DNA of 64,000 nucleotides from an uncultured Ruminococcus sp. (GTDB lineage Bacteria; Bacillota; Clostridia; Oscillospirales; Acutalibacteraceae). Within the stretch, counting starts at the first letter, position 1. Each line of letters begins with the position of its first letter. The notes under the pieces are model-generated. The model was not told the DNA's origin, made no database searches, and worked only from the letters and a program-made list of their open reading frames with translations. The position numbers and the translations under genes were made by a program. The stretch lies in NCBI GenBank assembly GCA_902790475.1, contig CADASG010000004.1, positions 4,373-68,372 on the forward strand. Direction: 5' to 3'. Below are positions 38,527 through 48,064 of this stretch, piece after piece.

Positions 38527-39300
38527 TTAATTTCTGCTGTATTCGCACCAACTGCCATATTCGGTGAATCCGAGCTTGGAATAAAACCGCTCGTTCGCGT
38601 TTTTGGCGCGGTGCAGATACACCGTTTTGCCGTGTTCAAGCATATGGTTGGTGAGATATTTGACTATCGCGGAGCCGTAGCCGTTTTTGCGGAAATCGGG
38701 GTCGCACGCCACAGCTCCGAGCACGGCGCTTTTGTCGCTTTCAGCCACTGTCATGGCGACTGCCGCAAGACGGTGTCCCTCGCGCACTCCGTGCATACTC
38801 ATGGAGTGATGGCGCAGCTTGTGGTTCACGTCCACATAAAAATCCTCAAAAGACGGAGGAATAAAGTTGCGGTCGGCGCAGCGGACTATCAAATAATACG
38901 CCTCGCGGATATCAGGCTGCACGATACGCGCGTAAGGGTCAAGCTTCTCAAACGGCTCTGTTTTGCGGAGGATCACTCCGCTGTGCGCACGCATATCGAA
39001 AAGGTCGAGCTTGTATTTGCCGTCGCACAGTATTTCGGACGCTCCCGAAACGCGCATAAAGGAGGACACCTCTTCCAAATCCGTTTCGTCGGTCAAAAAC
39101 AGAACAAACACCGAGCCGCTCCGCGCGATCGCTCCCGTGTAGTTGAGCATGTCGCCCATCAGCAGCCAGTAGTCCACAAACGCAAGGTCCGGTTTATAGC
39201 TTTGGTAAAGCGAGATCAAACGGCAGGCAAAGGGGTTGTCCTCTTCGAGCCTGCTTATAACTTCAACAAAATCGGTAGTTTGATCAACTGAAATAATCAT
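38527..39300 (-). CDS. GNAT family N-acetyltransferase
   Basis: VACDPDFRKNGYGS acetyl-CoA motif and FYSKLGF. Confidence 0.85.
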   Translation of the reverse strand: MIISVDQTTDFVEVISRLEEDNPFACRLISLYQSYKPDLAFVDYWLLMGDMLNYTGAIARSGSVFVLFLTDETDLEEVSSFMRVSGASEILCDGKYKLDLFDMRAHSGVILRKTEPFEKLDPYARIVQPDIREAYYLIVRCADRNFIPPSFEDFYVDVNHKLRHHSMSMHGVREGHRLAAVAMTVAESDKSAVLGAVACDPDFRKNGYGSAIVKYLTNHMLEHGKTVYLHRAKNANERFYSKLGFTEYGSWCEYSRN

Positions 39301-40330
39301 GGTTCAATGTCCCCTTCGCAACAAGACTTGCCAAAGCGCGGGTAAGCTGCAGCACGCTTTCACAGTCATCCTTGGCGGCAACGCAGTTCGGCGCGTGCAG
39401 ATATCGGCAGGGCAGTGATACGGCAAGCGTGCGTACTCCTCCGCGGCTTTTGTGTATCACGCCTGCGTCGTTACCTCCTGCAACGGCGCGTTTTATCTGT
39501 GCCTTTACGCCGATCTCTTCGGCGGTTTTCAATGCGAGCGCCGCCATTTCCTTATCGTAGATCGTGCGTTTGTCCATCATGGAAATAACCGCGCCTTCTC
39601 CGAGACGGCACACCTGCTTTTGAGCGTCGATCTCGGGGATATCTGCGGCGGTGGTTGTTTCGATCACCAACGCGTAATCGGGGTCGAGCGTGTACGCGGC
39701 AACGGTGGCGCCGTGAAGTCCCACCTCTTCCTGAACGACAAACGCGAAGTCTGTGTCAAAATCCAATTCACTTTTTATCAGGTCTATCAGCACCAGACAG
39801 CCGAAACGGTCGTCGATAGCCTTAGACCTGATTGTTTCGGTGGTTTGAGTGAATTCGGAAACAAAGCATACGCTGTCTCCGGGACTTACATACTGCTGTG
39901 CTTCCTGCGCCGACTGCGCTCCGATATCTATATACAGCTCGCTGTAAGACGGGATCGCCGAAGACTCATCGCCTTTTGTCAGATGTATCGGCTTTACCCC
40001 GATAACTCCGTTGACCGTTTGATTTACCGTCACGTTTTTCCCGATCAATACGCGGCGGTCAATGCCGCCCACCTCGTCGAATTTCAAATATCCGTCCGAT
40101 GTGATGTCCGTAACCATCAGCCCCACTTCGTCCATGTGAGCTGACAGCATGAGCTTTGTCTTGGGACGGCTTTTTCCTTTTTTATGTATCAGCAGGTTTC
40201 CGAGCGGATCTATCGTCACCGAATCGGCGAACGGTCTGATCTCAGCTAAAATCAGCTCGCGCACGGCGTTTTCGTCACCGGAGATCCCGTCGGCTGCGCA
40301 GAGCTTTTGCAAAAGCGCGTAATCAATCAT
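39284..40330 (-). CDS. M42 family aminopeptidase
   Basis: AHMDEVG, AIDDRFG, QEEVGLHGA, RYLH. Confidence 0.92.
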   Translation of the reverse strand: MIDYALLQKLCAADGISGDENAVRELILAEIRPFADSVTIDPLGNLLIHKKGKSRPKTKLMLSAHMDEVGLMVTDITSDGYLKFDEVGGIDRRVLIGKNVTVNQTVNGVIGVKPIHLTKGDESSAIPSYSELYIDIGAQSAQEAQQYVSPGDSVCFVSEFTQTTETIRSKAIDDRFGCLVLIDLIKSELDFDTDFAFVVQEEVGLHGATVAAYTLDPDYALVIETTTAADIPEIDAQKQVCRLGEGAVISMMDKRTIYDKEMAALALKTAEEIGVKAQIKRAVAGGNDAGVIHKSRGGVRTLAVSLPCRYLHAPNCVAAKDDCESVLQLTRALASLVAKGTLNHDYFS

Positions 40331-41345
40331 TACAGACACCTCCGCTCAAAACATAATCGGCAAGCAGCCGCGCGGTTGCCGTAACATCTTTAATGTCAAC
40401 CACTTCAACGGCAGTGTGCATATACCGCTGAGGTATGGATATCATGGCTGTTTTAATACCGCCTCTCGTCAGGGCGATCTTGTCGGCATTCGTGCCGGTT
40501 CTGCCCGCGATAGGTTCCAATTGATACGGCATTTCGTTTTGTTCGCATATCGTTTGAAGCTGCTTGGTCATTTTCTTATTTAAAATGGGGGATATGCCAA
40601 TCATCGGACCTTCCCCGAGCGATATTTTAGCGTACTGTCCGCTGATATCGGGCTGAGAGGCAAAGCTTACGTCAACCGCAATTGCTTCGTCTGCATTGAT
40701 TTTGTAAGCGCCCGTTACAGCGCCGCTGCCGTAGGTTTCCTCTTGTGCGGAAAACAGCAGCACGACCTTGCACGGCGGTTCTTCTTCGTGCAGCAGAGCT
40801 GCGGTTTGGATAAGCGCCGCCGCTGAACATCGGTTATCAAGCGCCGGAGAAGTTACGCGGTCGTTTAGCAGCATACGCGGCAGAGAAACAAAGGTCAGCA
40901 CATCGCCGACTGCAAGATGCTTTTTTATTTCCCGTGCGTCCATGCCGAAGTCCACCCATACCTTTGATACAGGCGTTGCCTTGTCCTCGCTTCCGTCCGA
41001 AAGATGAGGCGGCAGACAGCAGACCGTGCCGGTTATACCGTCGGGGGCGGTAAGCAGGGCGTTTTGAAGCACCCGTGCGTCAATGCCTCCGCATTTATCG
41101 ACCTTGACGAATCCTTCTTTGCTGATATCGGTCACCATAAGTCCTATGCGGTCAAGGTGAGCGTCAATCAGAATGGTTTTCTCAGCGTCGGTTTTGCCGA
41201 GAAAAGCGTATAGGTTGCCGTTTGCGTCGGTTTGAGTTTCGGCAAACGGCGCGAGCGCCTGTTTGACAACGGCGAGCGCAGGTTCTTCGTGACCCGACAC
41301 GCCCTGAGCCGTGCATAAATCAAAAATCAGTTGTGTGAGTTCCAT
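40323..41345 (-). CDS. M42 family aminopeptidase (second paralogue)
   Basis: AHLDRIG, ALDNR, QEETYG, AVDV, RYMHT. Confidence 0.9.
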   Translation of the reverse strand: MELTQLIFDLCTAQGVSGHEEPALAVVKQALAPFAETQTDANGNLYAFLGKTDAEKTILIDAHLDRIGLMVTDISKEGFVKVDKCGGIDARVLQNALLTAPDGITGTVCCLPPHLSDGSEDKATPVSKVWVDFGMDAREIKKHLAVGDVLTFVSLPRMLLNDRVTSPALDNRCSAAALIQTAALLHEEEPPCKVVLLFSAQEETYGSGAVTGAYKINADEAIAVDVSFASQPDISGQYAKISLGEGPMIGISPILNKKMTKQLQTICEQNEMPYQLEPIAGRTGTNADKIALTRGGIKTAMISIPQRYMHTAVEVVDIKDVTATARLLADYVLSGGVCND

Positions 41346-41353
41346 ACTATATG

Positions 41354-42745
41354 TTACTTCAAATCATTGACAAGTGCTTTGAAGTGGTTACCTCTTTCCT
41401 CAAAATTACGATACAGTCCGAAGCTTGCGCTGGCAGGTGAGAGAGAAACTATGTCGCCCTCCTCGGTATTTGCTGCCGCCGCGCAGACCGCCTCCTCCAT
41501 GTTTTCGACGCGAATAATATTGATAGCGGAAGGGTCGTAGTTATCGGCATTTTTCACTGCCGCTTCAATTTTAGGAGCCGTGTCGCCGAGCAGGATCAGA
41601 GTCTTTACCTTGTTGTTTATGACGGGACCCAGCGGCTCATAGGGGATATGCTTGTCATAGCCGCCAGCGATAACGACGATTTTTTCATCATAAAGCGAGA
41701 GAGTTCCCAGTGCGGTCCGGGTCGGACTTGACGCGATCGAGTCGTTGTAGTACTTCACTCCCTTAAACTCCCTGACAAACTCCGCGCGGTGCGCGACACC
41801 GCCGAATTCACGCGCGACCTTAATTATCGCCTCAACGGGAACCATGCCCCAAACGGCGGATATGGCTGCAAGGTAGTTTTCCACATTGTGCATACCGGGG
41901 ATACGGATATCGGATATATCCATGATCTCGGTGATTTTGCCGTAGTCGTTATAACAAATCGTAGTTCCGTTCAAATACGCGCCGTTTTCCACGGCCTGAC
42001 GGACGCTGAATTTGCAGAGCTGTCCTCTTACCGCTTCGGAAAAGCCGTTTGTGATCTCGTTGTCGAGGTTGAGCACAGCTTTGGAAAACGCGTTTTGGTG
42101 AAGAATAATATTCTTTTTGCTGTCGATGTATTCCTGCATATCCTTGTGGATGTCAAGATGGTTCGGCGCGAGGTTTGTAACCACGGCGACGTCGGGACTT
42201 TTGCGCATGGAGATAAGCTGGAAGCTGGAAAGCTCGACCACTGCGCAGTCTTCGGGCTTGACTGATTCTATCTCGGGCAAAAGCGGTTTGCCGATGTTTC
42301 CGCCCAAATGAACGGTTTTGCCTGCTGCTTTTAAAAACTCCGAGATGATGGTAGTGGTAGTCGTTTTTCCGTCAGAGCCCGTGACCGCGATTATTTTGCA
42401 CGGGCAGAGGTCAAAGAACACCTCCATTTCGGAGGTGAGCGTCTTGCCTTCGTTGCGCAGACGCGTAAGCTCTTCCTTATAGAACGGAGTACCGGGACTG
42501 CGGAAAACAATGTCCGCGTCGATATTGCTGAGGTAGTCGTCGCCGAGCTTTAGCTCTGCGCCGTAAGCCTTAGCCTTTGCGCCGTTCTCACCCAATTCGT
42601 CATAGCTTTTGCGGTCGCAGGCGATCACCGCCGCACCCTTTTGCGCAAACTGCTCTATCAGCGGCAAATTACTGGTGCCGATTCCGATAAACGCCACACG
42701 TTTACCCTTGACGCTGTTGAAAAACTCACTGACTGTTGTATTCAT
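41354..42745 (-). CDS. murD: UDP-N-acetylmuramoyl-L-alanine--D-glutamate ligase
   Basis: VTGSDGKTTTT, GGNIG, ELSSFQL, NHLDIH, YNDS, LSPASASF. Confidence 0.97.
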   Translation of the reverse strand: MNTTVSEFFNSVKGKRVAFIGIGTSNLPLIEQFAQKGAAVIACDRKSYDELGENGAKAKAYGAELKLGDDYLSNIDADIVFRSPGTPFYKEELTRLRNEGKTLTSEMEVFFDLCPCKIIAVTGSDGKTTTTTIISEFLKAAGKTVHLGGNIGKPLLPEIESVKPEDCAVVELSSFQLISMRKSPDVAVVTNLAPNHLDIHKDMQEYIDSKKNIILHQNAFSKAVLNLDNEITNGFSEAVRGQLCKFSVRQAVENGAYLNGTTICYNDYGKITEIMDISDIRIPGMHNVENYLAAISAVWGMVPVEAIIKVAREFGGVAHRAEFVREFKGVKYYNDSIASSPTRTALGTLSLYDEKIVVIAGGYDKHIPYEPLGPVINNKVKTLILLGDTAPKIEAAVKNADNYDPSAINIIRVENMEEAVCAAAANTEEGDIVSLSPASASFGLYRNFEERGNHFKALVNDLK

Positions 42746-42931
42746 AAGTATCCCTCTTACTCAAAATAGATTCAAAACTATAATACATTATACTGTTTTT
42801 TACATAGGAATGCAATAAGCTTGCGATAATTTCTCGTGTGAATCTGATTTGGTAATCAATTTGTAACTATTTGATATGCTGTGATAAGATAGGGTGCAGC
42901 AGTGAATGATCATTATGAAAACTTTATCACA

Positions 42932-42968
42932 AACGCAAAGAGCACGCGTTGCGCGTGCCCTTTGCGTT
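42932..42968 (-). terminator. Long hairpin downstream of the DUF4956 gene
   Basis: 17-bp arms with one mismatch: AACGCAAAGAGCACGCG-TTG-CGCGTGCCCTTTGCGTT. Confidence 0.7.
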
Positions 42969-43002
42969 AGGAGATTATTATGAAAAAAAGCGGATGTCGG
43001 TT

Positions 43003-43680
43003 TTACAGTGCGCGTTCATCAAGCGCCGGAATGAGGACAGCTATTTCCAGATTGCCGTTGCGGCATCTGAGCTCGTCGATAAACTTTTGGATATCGTCCT
43101 CCTGCTTGATCTCTACGCGGTAGATCAGCTTATAGAGACTGCCCATGTTGGTGGTTTTTACGTTTTGCAGCTTTGCGCTCTTGGTGTATTGTGCAAACAA
43201 ATCGTCAAACTCATGCGCGTAGTTGAGCGATTCGGGTATCGTGATCCTCAGCTCGCGGGTCAAATCGTCTTTCTCTTTGATATTCACAAAGTTGGAAAGT
43301 ATTATGACTGCACATATTATGATAACAAACAGCGCTGCCAGAGCTACATAACCGACTGCGGTAGCCAAACCTGCCGCCATAGCCAAAAAGATAGCTACGA
43401 TTTCTTTCGCGGAACCGGGAGCGCTTCTGAAACGAACCAGAGAAAAAGCTCCCATTACAGCTACGGCAGTACCTACGCTTCCGTTTACCAGCATGATAAC
43501 GGTTTGTACGATCGGCGGAAGCAGCAGCAGCGACAGCATAAAGCTTTTGGTTTGTCGGCTGCGGAAGCCCGTTGCCCATGCTATCACCGCGCCGAGAGCG
43601 AGTGAAACCAGAGTACAGATCAAATAGGCGGATATTGTGAACGTTCCCGAAAAAATGGGTGAAAATAAAGTCTCAAGCAC
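43003..43680 (-). CDS. DUF4956 family membrane protein
   Basis: GAFSLVRFRSAPGSAKEI, LRITIPESLNY, DELRCRNGNL; GTG start after AAGGAGG. Confidence 0.88.
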   Translation of the reverse strand: MLETLFSPIFSGTFTISAYLICTLVSLALGAVIAWATGFRSRQTKSFMLSLLLLPPIVQTVIMLVNGSVGTAVAVMGAFSLVRFRSAPGSAKEIVAIFLAMAAGLATAVGYVALAALFVIIICAVIILSNFVNIKEKDDLTRELRITIPESLNYAHEFDDLFAQYTKSAKLQNVKTTNMGSLYKLIYRVEIKQEDDIQKFIDELRCRNGNLEIAVLIPALDERAL

Positions 43681-44401
43681 AGTTCTTACCTCCTTTATAA
43701 AGTGCGTTGTTTTTTCTTTCTTCCGTGATTTGATATGCTGTTCCGTATTTTGAGAAGGAACCGGGGAAAACTCCCAATTTGTCAAGCGTTTCGGTCAGCC
43801 AAAGCGGCATAGCCTTTAGCGCCTTGATCTCCATTATGCATAAGCTTCTGTCCAGTATCACCTCGCCGAAGCTGCCCTTTGCCAAGTCCAGCTCCGTATC
43901 ACGGAACCTTACGTTGCGGTCAAAGGTGATCCTCAGCTGTCTGTCGGTATTGCTGTAATACGCGGTGCGGTCATAGGCGATAAACATCTTAGGTTTAAGT
44001 CCTCTGTAGTATTTCATCGTCCAGTCGATCTCCCTCATGATCTGAGAATCGTCGGGCAATACTCCGTGATCGATATAGTTCATTGCCGAGTCGTAAGTCA
44101 GGGTTCGGCGGCGCTTGTAAACTACTCCGTTATATTTCTTTTTCAGTTCCAAAAAAACATTGCTGTCATGCTTTGGAGTTGAGTAGCTGCGAAGTCTGAG
44201 CTTTTCTTTATAAATAGGTTTTTCAACGGAGCTGCGGATCATTTGAAAGTTATCGGTGTCAAAATACAGACTGCAAATCGTGCTCTCACCGTATTCGTCT
44301 TCCGAAATGTGTTCCCGGATGGCGCTGATCAGCTTGCTGCGCTGACTCAGGGTGAGTATATATTTTTTCTCGGTTCTTTCAAAAACTGTCTGGATATTCA
44401 T
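43673..44401 (-). CDS. VTC-domain (polyphosphate polymerase-like) protein
   Basis: RTEKKY, SLYFDT, KEKLRLRSY, ELKKK, YDRTAY, RITFD, MEIK, FSKY. Confidence 0.9.
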   Translation of the reverse strand: MNIQTVFERTEKKYILTLSQRSKLISAIREHISEDEYGESTICSLYFDTDNFQMIRSSVEKPIYKEKLRLRSYSTPKHDSNVFLELKKKYNGVVYKRRRTLTYDSAMNYIDHGVLPDDSQIMREIDWTMKYYRGLKPKMFIAYDRTAYYSNTDRQLRITFDRNVRFRDTELDLAKGSFGEVILDRSLCIMEIKALKAMPLWLTETLDKLGVFPGSFSKYGTAYQITEERKNNALYKGGKNCA

Positions 44402-44433
44402 GAAAACGCCTCCTTGTTGTTTGCTATGGCTGT

Positions 44434-44466
44434 ATGATAAAGGATAAAGCTTAAAAAACGCTTAAA
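44434..44466 (-). promoter_or_regulatory. OmpR-type direct-repeat box plus -10 for the VTC operon
   Basis: Minus strand TTTAAG-N5-TTTAAG-N10-TATCAT. Confidence 0.7.
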
Positions 44467-44492
44467 TACCGAAAAAAATAATAATTTTATTC

Positions 44493-44525
44493 TTTAAGGA
44501 ATATTTAAGCCTTGTCCCTTAATAT
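44493..44525 (+). promoter_or_regulatory. OmpR-type direct-repeat box plus -10 for the two-component operon
   Basis: TTTAAG-N5-TTTAAG-N10-TAATAT. Confidence 0.7.
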
Positions 44526-44576
44526 AAAACATGTTAAAATGAAATATAAAATATTTATCGGAAAGAAGGCTTGAAT

Positions 44577-45251
44577 ATGCAGATACTGATAGTTGAAGAT
44601 GAAAAAAGACTTGCCAACGCGTTAAAGCAAATACTGCTGGAACAAAAATATATGGCTGACGTAGTTTATGACGGCAGCGAAGGCTTGGAATACGCCATGA
44701 GCGGAATTTATGATTTGATCATTCTTGACGTGATGCTGCCATACAAGGACGGTTTTCAGGTCGCATATGAGCTGAGGGAGAACAAAATCGCTACTCCTAT
44801 CTTAATGCTGACTGCCAAGGATACTATCCCCGACAAGGTGAGCGGTCTCAACAGCGGAGCCGACGATTATATGACAAAGCCTTTTGCACCAGAGGAGCTT
44901 TTGGCGCGTATCAAAGCGCTGACAAGGCGCAGGGGAGAGGTCATGCTTGACGAAACGGGCTTCGGTGATTTTCAGTTCAATGCTTCAACAAGCGTCCTTT
45001 CTAAAGGCTCCAAATCGGTTCATCTGAATTTTAAGGAAGCCGCGATTTTGAAGCTTTTTCTTGCTAATCCTGAGGCGATACATTCCAAAGAAAACATCAT
45101 AGTCAAGGTTTGGGGCTATGATTCCGATGCGGGCAGCAATAACGTTGAGGCTTACATATCATTTTTAAGAAGAAAGCTGCACTTTATTCAATCCTCAGCC
45201 GAGATCAAAGCGATTAAAAAAATGGGTTACCGACTGGAGATAAAGCAATGA
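44577..45251 (+). CDS. OmpR/PhoB-family response regulator
   Basis: IVEDE, ILDVMLP, LTAK, DDYMTKPF, VEAYISFLRRKL. Confidence 0.93.
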   Translation: MQILIVEDEKRLANALKQILLEQKYMADVVYDGSEGLEYAMSGIYDLIILDVMLPYKDGFQVAYELRENKIATPILMLTAKDTIPDKVSGLNSGADDYMTKPFAPEELLARIKALTRRRGEVMLDETGFGDFQFNASTSVLSKGSKSVHLNFKEAAILKLFLANPEAIHSKENIIVKVWGYDSDAGSNNVEAYISFLRRKLHFIQSSAEIKAIKKMGYRLEIKQ

Positions 45252-46504
45252 TAAAACGCCTTAGAAGAAATATTATTCTTGTAAATATGCTGATGGTAGG
45301 AACTGTTATACTGGCGATTTTTACCGTTGTATGTCTCAACAGCTACCGAACCTCATGCGATAATCTGCTTCGGAGCATGACCGATACGATAAGGCGCAGC
45401 AACCGTTTTGAGGAAAACAAAGAGAAGCGCGAAAACGTGCTTGACAATAACCGCGAAAAAAAATTCGACGCGCCGATGCAGCTATCCGATTATGTGATAG
45501 TACGGCTTGATTCGGACGGGAACATAACCGAAAAGACCGAAAACAACCTGACGATCGAGGATGACAGTCTGAAAGAATACGTGTCGGCAGCGTTATCCGA
45601 CGGCGGCAAGGAGGGTCAGCTGACCGATTTCGGACTGATGTATGTGCGCGACGATTTTCAAGCGGAAAACAAGCTTATCTTTGCCGAAACAGCCAGCATC
45701 TACACGGCGCTGAGAAATACCGTTTTGATATGTCTGCTGCTGTTTTTCGGAAGCATGATAATTATTTTGCTGATCAGCCTGTGGCTGTCGGGGTTCTCGG
45801 TAAAGCCCGTCAAAAAAGCATGGCAGCAGCAAAAGCAGTTCGTTGCGGACGCCTCGCACGAATTAAAAACGCCGCTTACGGTCATTTTGGCAAACAACAG
45901 TATAATGATGTCGCACAAAAACAACCGCGTCAGCGACGAGGAGCAGTGGCTAGAGAGCACTCAGGAAGAAGCGCAGCATATGAAGCAGCTTATTGACCAA
46001 ATGCTGTTTTTGGCAAAATCCGACGCAGGCAACAGCAATATCGAATTAAGCGAGGTTGAGCTCAGCGAGATCATCGAAGGTACGGCGCTCAATTTTGAGC
46101 CGGTCGCTTTTGAGCGCGGAGTGATGATCGAAACGATGCTGGATGAGGATGTCAGACTTAACGGAAACTCCATGCAGCTAAAGCAGCTTGCGCATATTCT
46201 GATAGATAATGCCGTTAAGTATTCCGCAGACAACAGCACGGTCACCATAACGCTGCGCAAAAGCTCGGACTCCGCGGTTCTGGCTGTAAATAACCGCGGC
46301 AATGTGATAGCTAAGAGCGATCTGGAGCACATTTTCGACCGCTTTTACCGCGCCGAAAAATCGCGCACCACAAAGGGCTACGGTCTGGGACTTTCGATCG
46401 CTCAGAACATCGTACAGAGCATGAACGGCAAGCTGACCGCCGAAAGCAACGAGGAAAAAGGCACGACCTTTACCGCGCAGTTCAAATGTATCAGCAAAAA
46501 ATAG
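45248..46504 (+). CDS. Sensor histidine kinase (HisKA-HATPase)
   Basis: Two TM helices, ADASHELKTPL, ILIDNAVKYS, FDRFYR, GYGLGLSIA. Confidence 0.93.
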   Translation: MIKRLRRNIILVNMLMVGTVILAIFTVVCLNSYRTSCDNLLRSMTDTIRRSNRFEENKEKRENVLDNNREKKFDAPMQLSDYVIVRLDSDGNITEKTENNLTIEDDSLKEYVSAALSDGGKEGQLTDFGLMYVRDDFQAENKLIFAETASIYTALRNTVLICLLLFFGSMIIILLISLWLSGFSVKPVKKAWQQQKQFVADASHELKTPLTVILANNSIMMSHKNNRVSDEEQWLESTQEEAQHMKQLIDQMLFLAKSDAGNSNIELSEVELSEIIEGTALNFEPVAFERGVMIETMLDEDVRLNGNSMQLKQLAHILIDNAVKYSADNSTVTITLRKSSDSAVLAVNNRGNVIAKSDLEHIFDRFYRAEKSRTTKGYGLGLSIAQNIVQSMNGKLTAESNEEKGTTFTAQFKCISKK

Positions 46505-46513
46505 CGTATAAAG

Positions 46514-46549
46514 AGGGCGCCTCTAAACAGCAGAATTTAGAGGCGCCCT
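46514..46549. terminator. Hairpin between convergent genes
   Basis: AGGGCGCCTCTAAA/TTTAGAGGCGCCCT perfect 14-bp stem. Confidence 0.75.
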
Positions 46550-46611
46550 GATTTATTGTCAAAGCTATCACGGCAGGGGATTGTTAGAGGTTCCCGTTAA
46601 TCAGTGGTACC

Positions 46612-47874
46612 TTAAAATATGCACTCGTTATTTGATCCGTCGGGATGGATCCTGTACAGCTTGTTCGCTCCCGTACTGTAATACAGCCACTCTTCATCAA
46701 AGATATAAAGCTTGTCTGCGTCTTTTGCGGCATGTAAAGCGGTGGGCTTATCCGAGTCATCGCTGAAAGCGTATAATTCGTCTTTAAGCTGTCCGATTTC
46801 TCCGTACTCACCGTAGTAGCTTTCCGTCGTTACGTTTACGTAAACCTTGTCGCCGTATCCGTTTATCGTAAGAGAACAGTCGTCGATATCCATAAGCTTT
46901 TCAAGCTTATCTGTTTTGATATCGTAGCGGTAGATCAAGGTTTTGCTTGCGTGTCCTATATCCTGAAGCATAGCGTCGTGTTCGATGATTTTCTTCGGGT
47001 AATGATCTTCGAGCATTTCAAGCTTTTCCACAAACAGATACACCTTGTTGTCGGTGACAAAGAAATCAAACAGGGCGCAGTTCTTTTTCGGAAGCTCCTT
47101 GTCAAGACAGGAAAAGTCAATGCAGCCCTCCGTTTTTCTTTCCTTTAAATTGTACTTGTAAAGCTTTCGTATACCACAGTCATAAAAATCCGCTTCAAAA
47201 TCATTTGGAACAGATTTTTGGTTTTCATAACCGTATTCCGAAAAATCGCGTTCCAAAGAATAATACATGATATCGCCGCAAAAATCCTCGGGATAATAAT
47301 TTTCGCCGCAAAGCTCCTTTGAAGCCGCTACATCAATTGTTTTATCGTCAACATAATGATAGATATCAGAATATATTATATCTCCGGAGCCTGTATCCAT
47401 ATAATAATATAGCTCGCCTCCCGTAACAAAAACAGAAGAAGGCTTTTCGCCGTCCTTCATGGGCGGATCGAGAAAAGGTTCAAATATGCCGTTTAGATAA
47501 TTCAAGCTGCAAATCGCTCCGTTGTCAACGTCGACCATCCTTCCGCGATAGACATAAGGGGAGAAAGGTACATACGGCGTAATGCTCAGTTCTGCTGTGT
47601 ATACCCGGCGAGTAATGCCGCTGTCGATTTGATAGATGCCGCTGAACAAAAAATGATTGTAGGCTTCAAAGAACAGCTTGTCATCTCCGCCGACTGCGTT
47701 GGCGTTATATTCGTTCCTCACGTCGTTTCGGTAAGAGTTATCCACTGATGTAGAGATTTTCTTTAAAGAAGGCCGAGGAAAGCCCGATATACAAAAACAA
47801 ACCGCCGCGCCGATCAATAAGACTGCAATACTGATGATGATTATTATGCGCTTGCTTTTTTTGCCTGATTTCAT
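46612..47874 (-). CDS. Membrane-anchored hypothetical protein, possible beta-propeller (DUF5050-like)
   Basis: N-terminal basic plus hydrophobic anchor; repeated xxLYYY / KLYKY / EWLYYS...LYRIHPDG blades. Confidence 0.55.
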   Translation of the reverse strand: MKSGKKSKRIIIIISIAVLLIGAAVCFCISGFPRPSLKKISTSVDNSYRNDVRNEYNANAVGGDDKLFFEAYNHFLFSGIYQIDSGITRRVYTAELSITPYVPFSPYVYRGRMVDVDNGAICSLNYLNGIFEPFLDPPMKDGEKPSSVFVTGGELYYYMDTGSGDIIYSDIYHYVDDKTIDVAASKELCGENYYPEDFCGDIMYYSLERDFSEYGYENQKSVPNDFEADFYDCGIRKLYKYNLKERKTEGCIDFSCLDKELPKKNCALFDFFVTDNKVYLFVEKLEMLEDHYPKKIIEHDAMLQDIGHASKTLIYRYDIKTDKLEKLMDIDDCSLTINGYGDKVYVNVTTESYYGEYGEIGQLKDELYAFSDDSDKPTALHAAKDADKLYIFDEEWLYYSTGANKLYRIHPDGSNNECIF

Positions 47875-47992
47875 AGGATCATCTCCGGGTTTTATTGATA
47901 ATCCTATAATATCATGTTATGCTGCGGAAATCAATAAAGTGGTTAAATCTACACGTTTTTTGGTAAAATCGGTAGGTAAAATCGGTAGATAA

Positions 47993-48037
47993 TAAAAGGC
48001 TGTATCAAACCGGGAAAGGTTTTGATACAGCCTTTTA
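47993..48037 (-). terminator. Terminator of the amylase gene
   Basis: TAAAAGGCTGTATCAAA/TTTGATACAGCCTTTTA 17-bp stem. Confidence 0.8.
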
Positions 48038-48064
48038 AATAGCAGAGATCTTAGTGAGAAAAAC

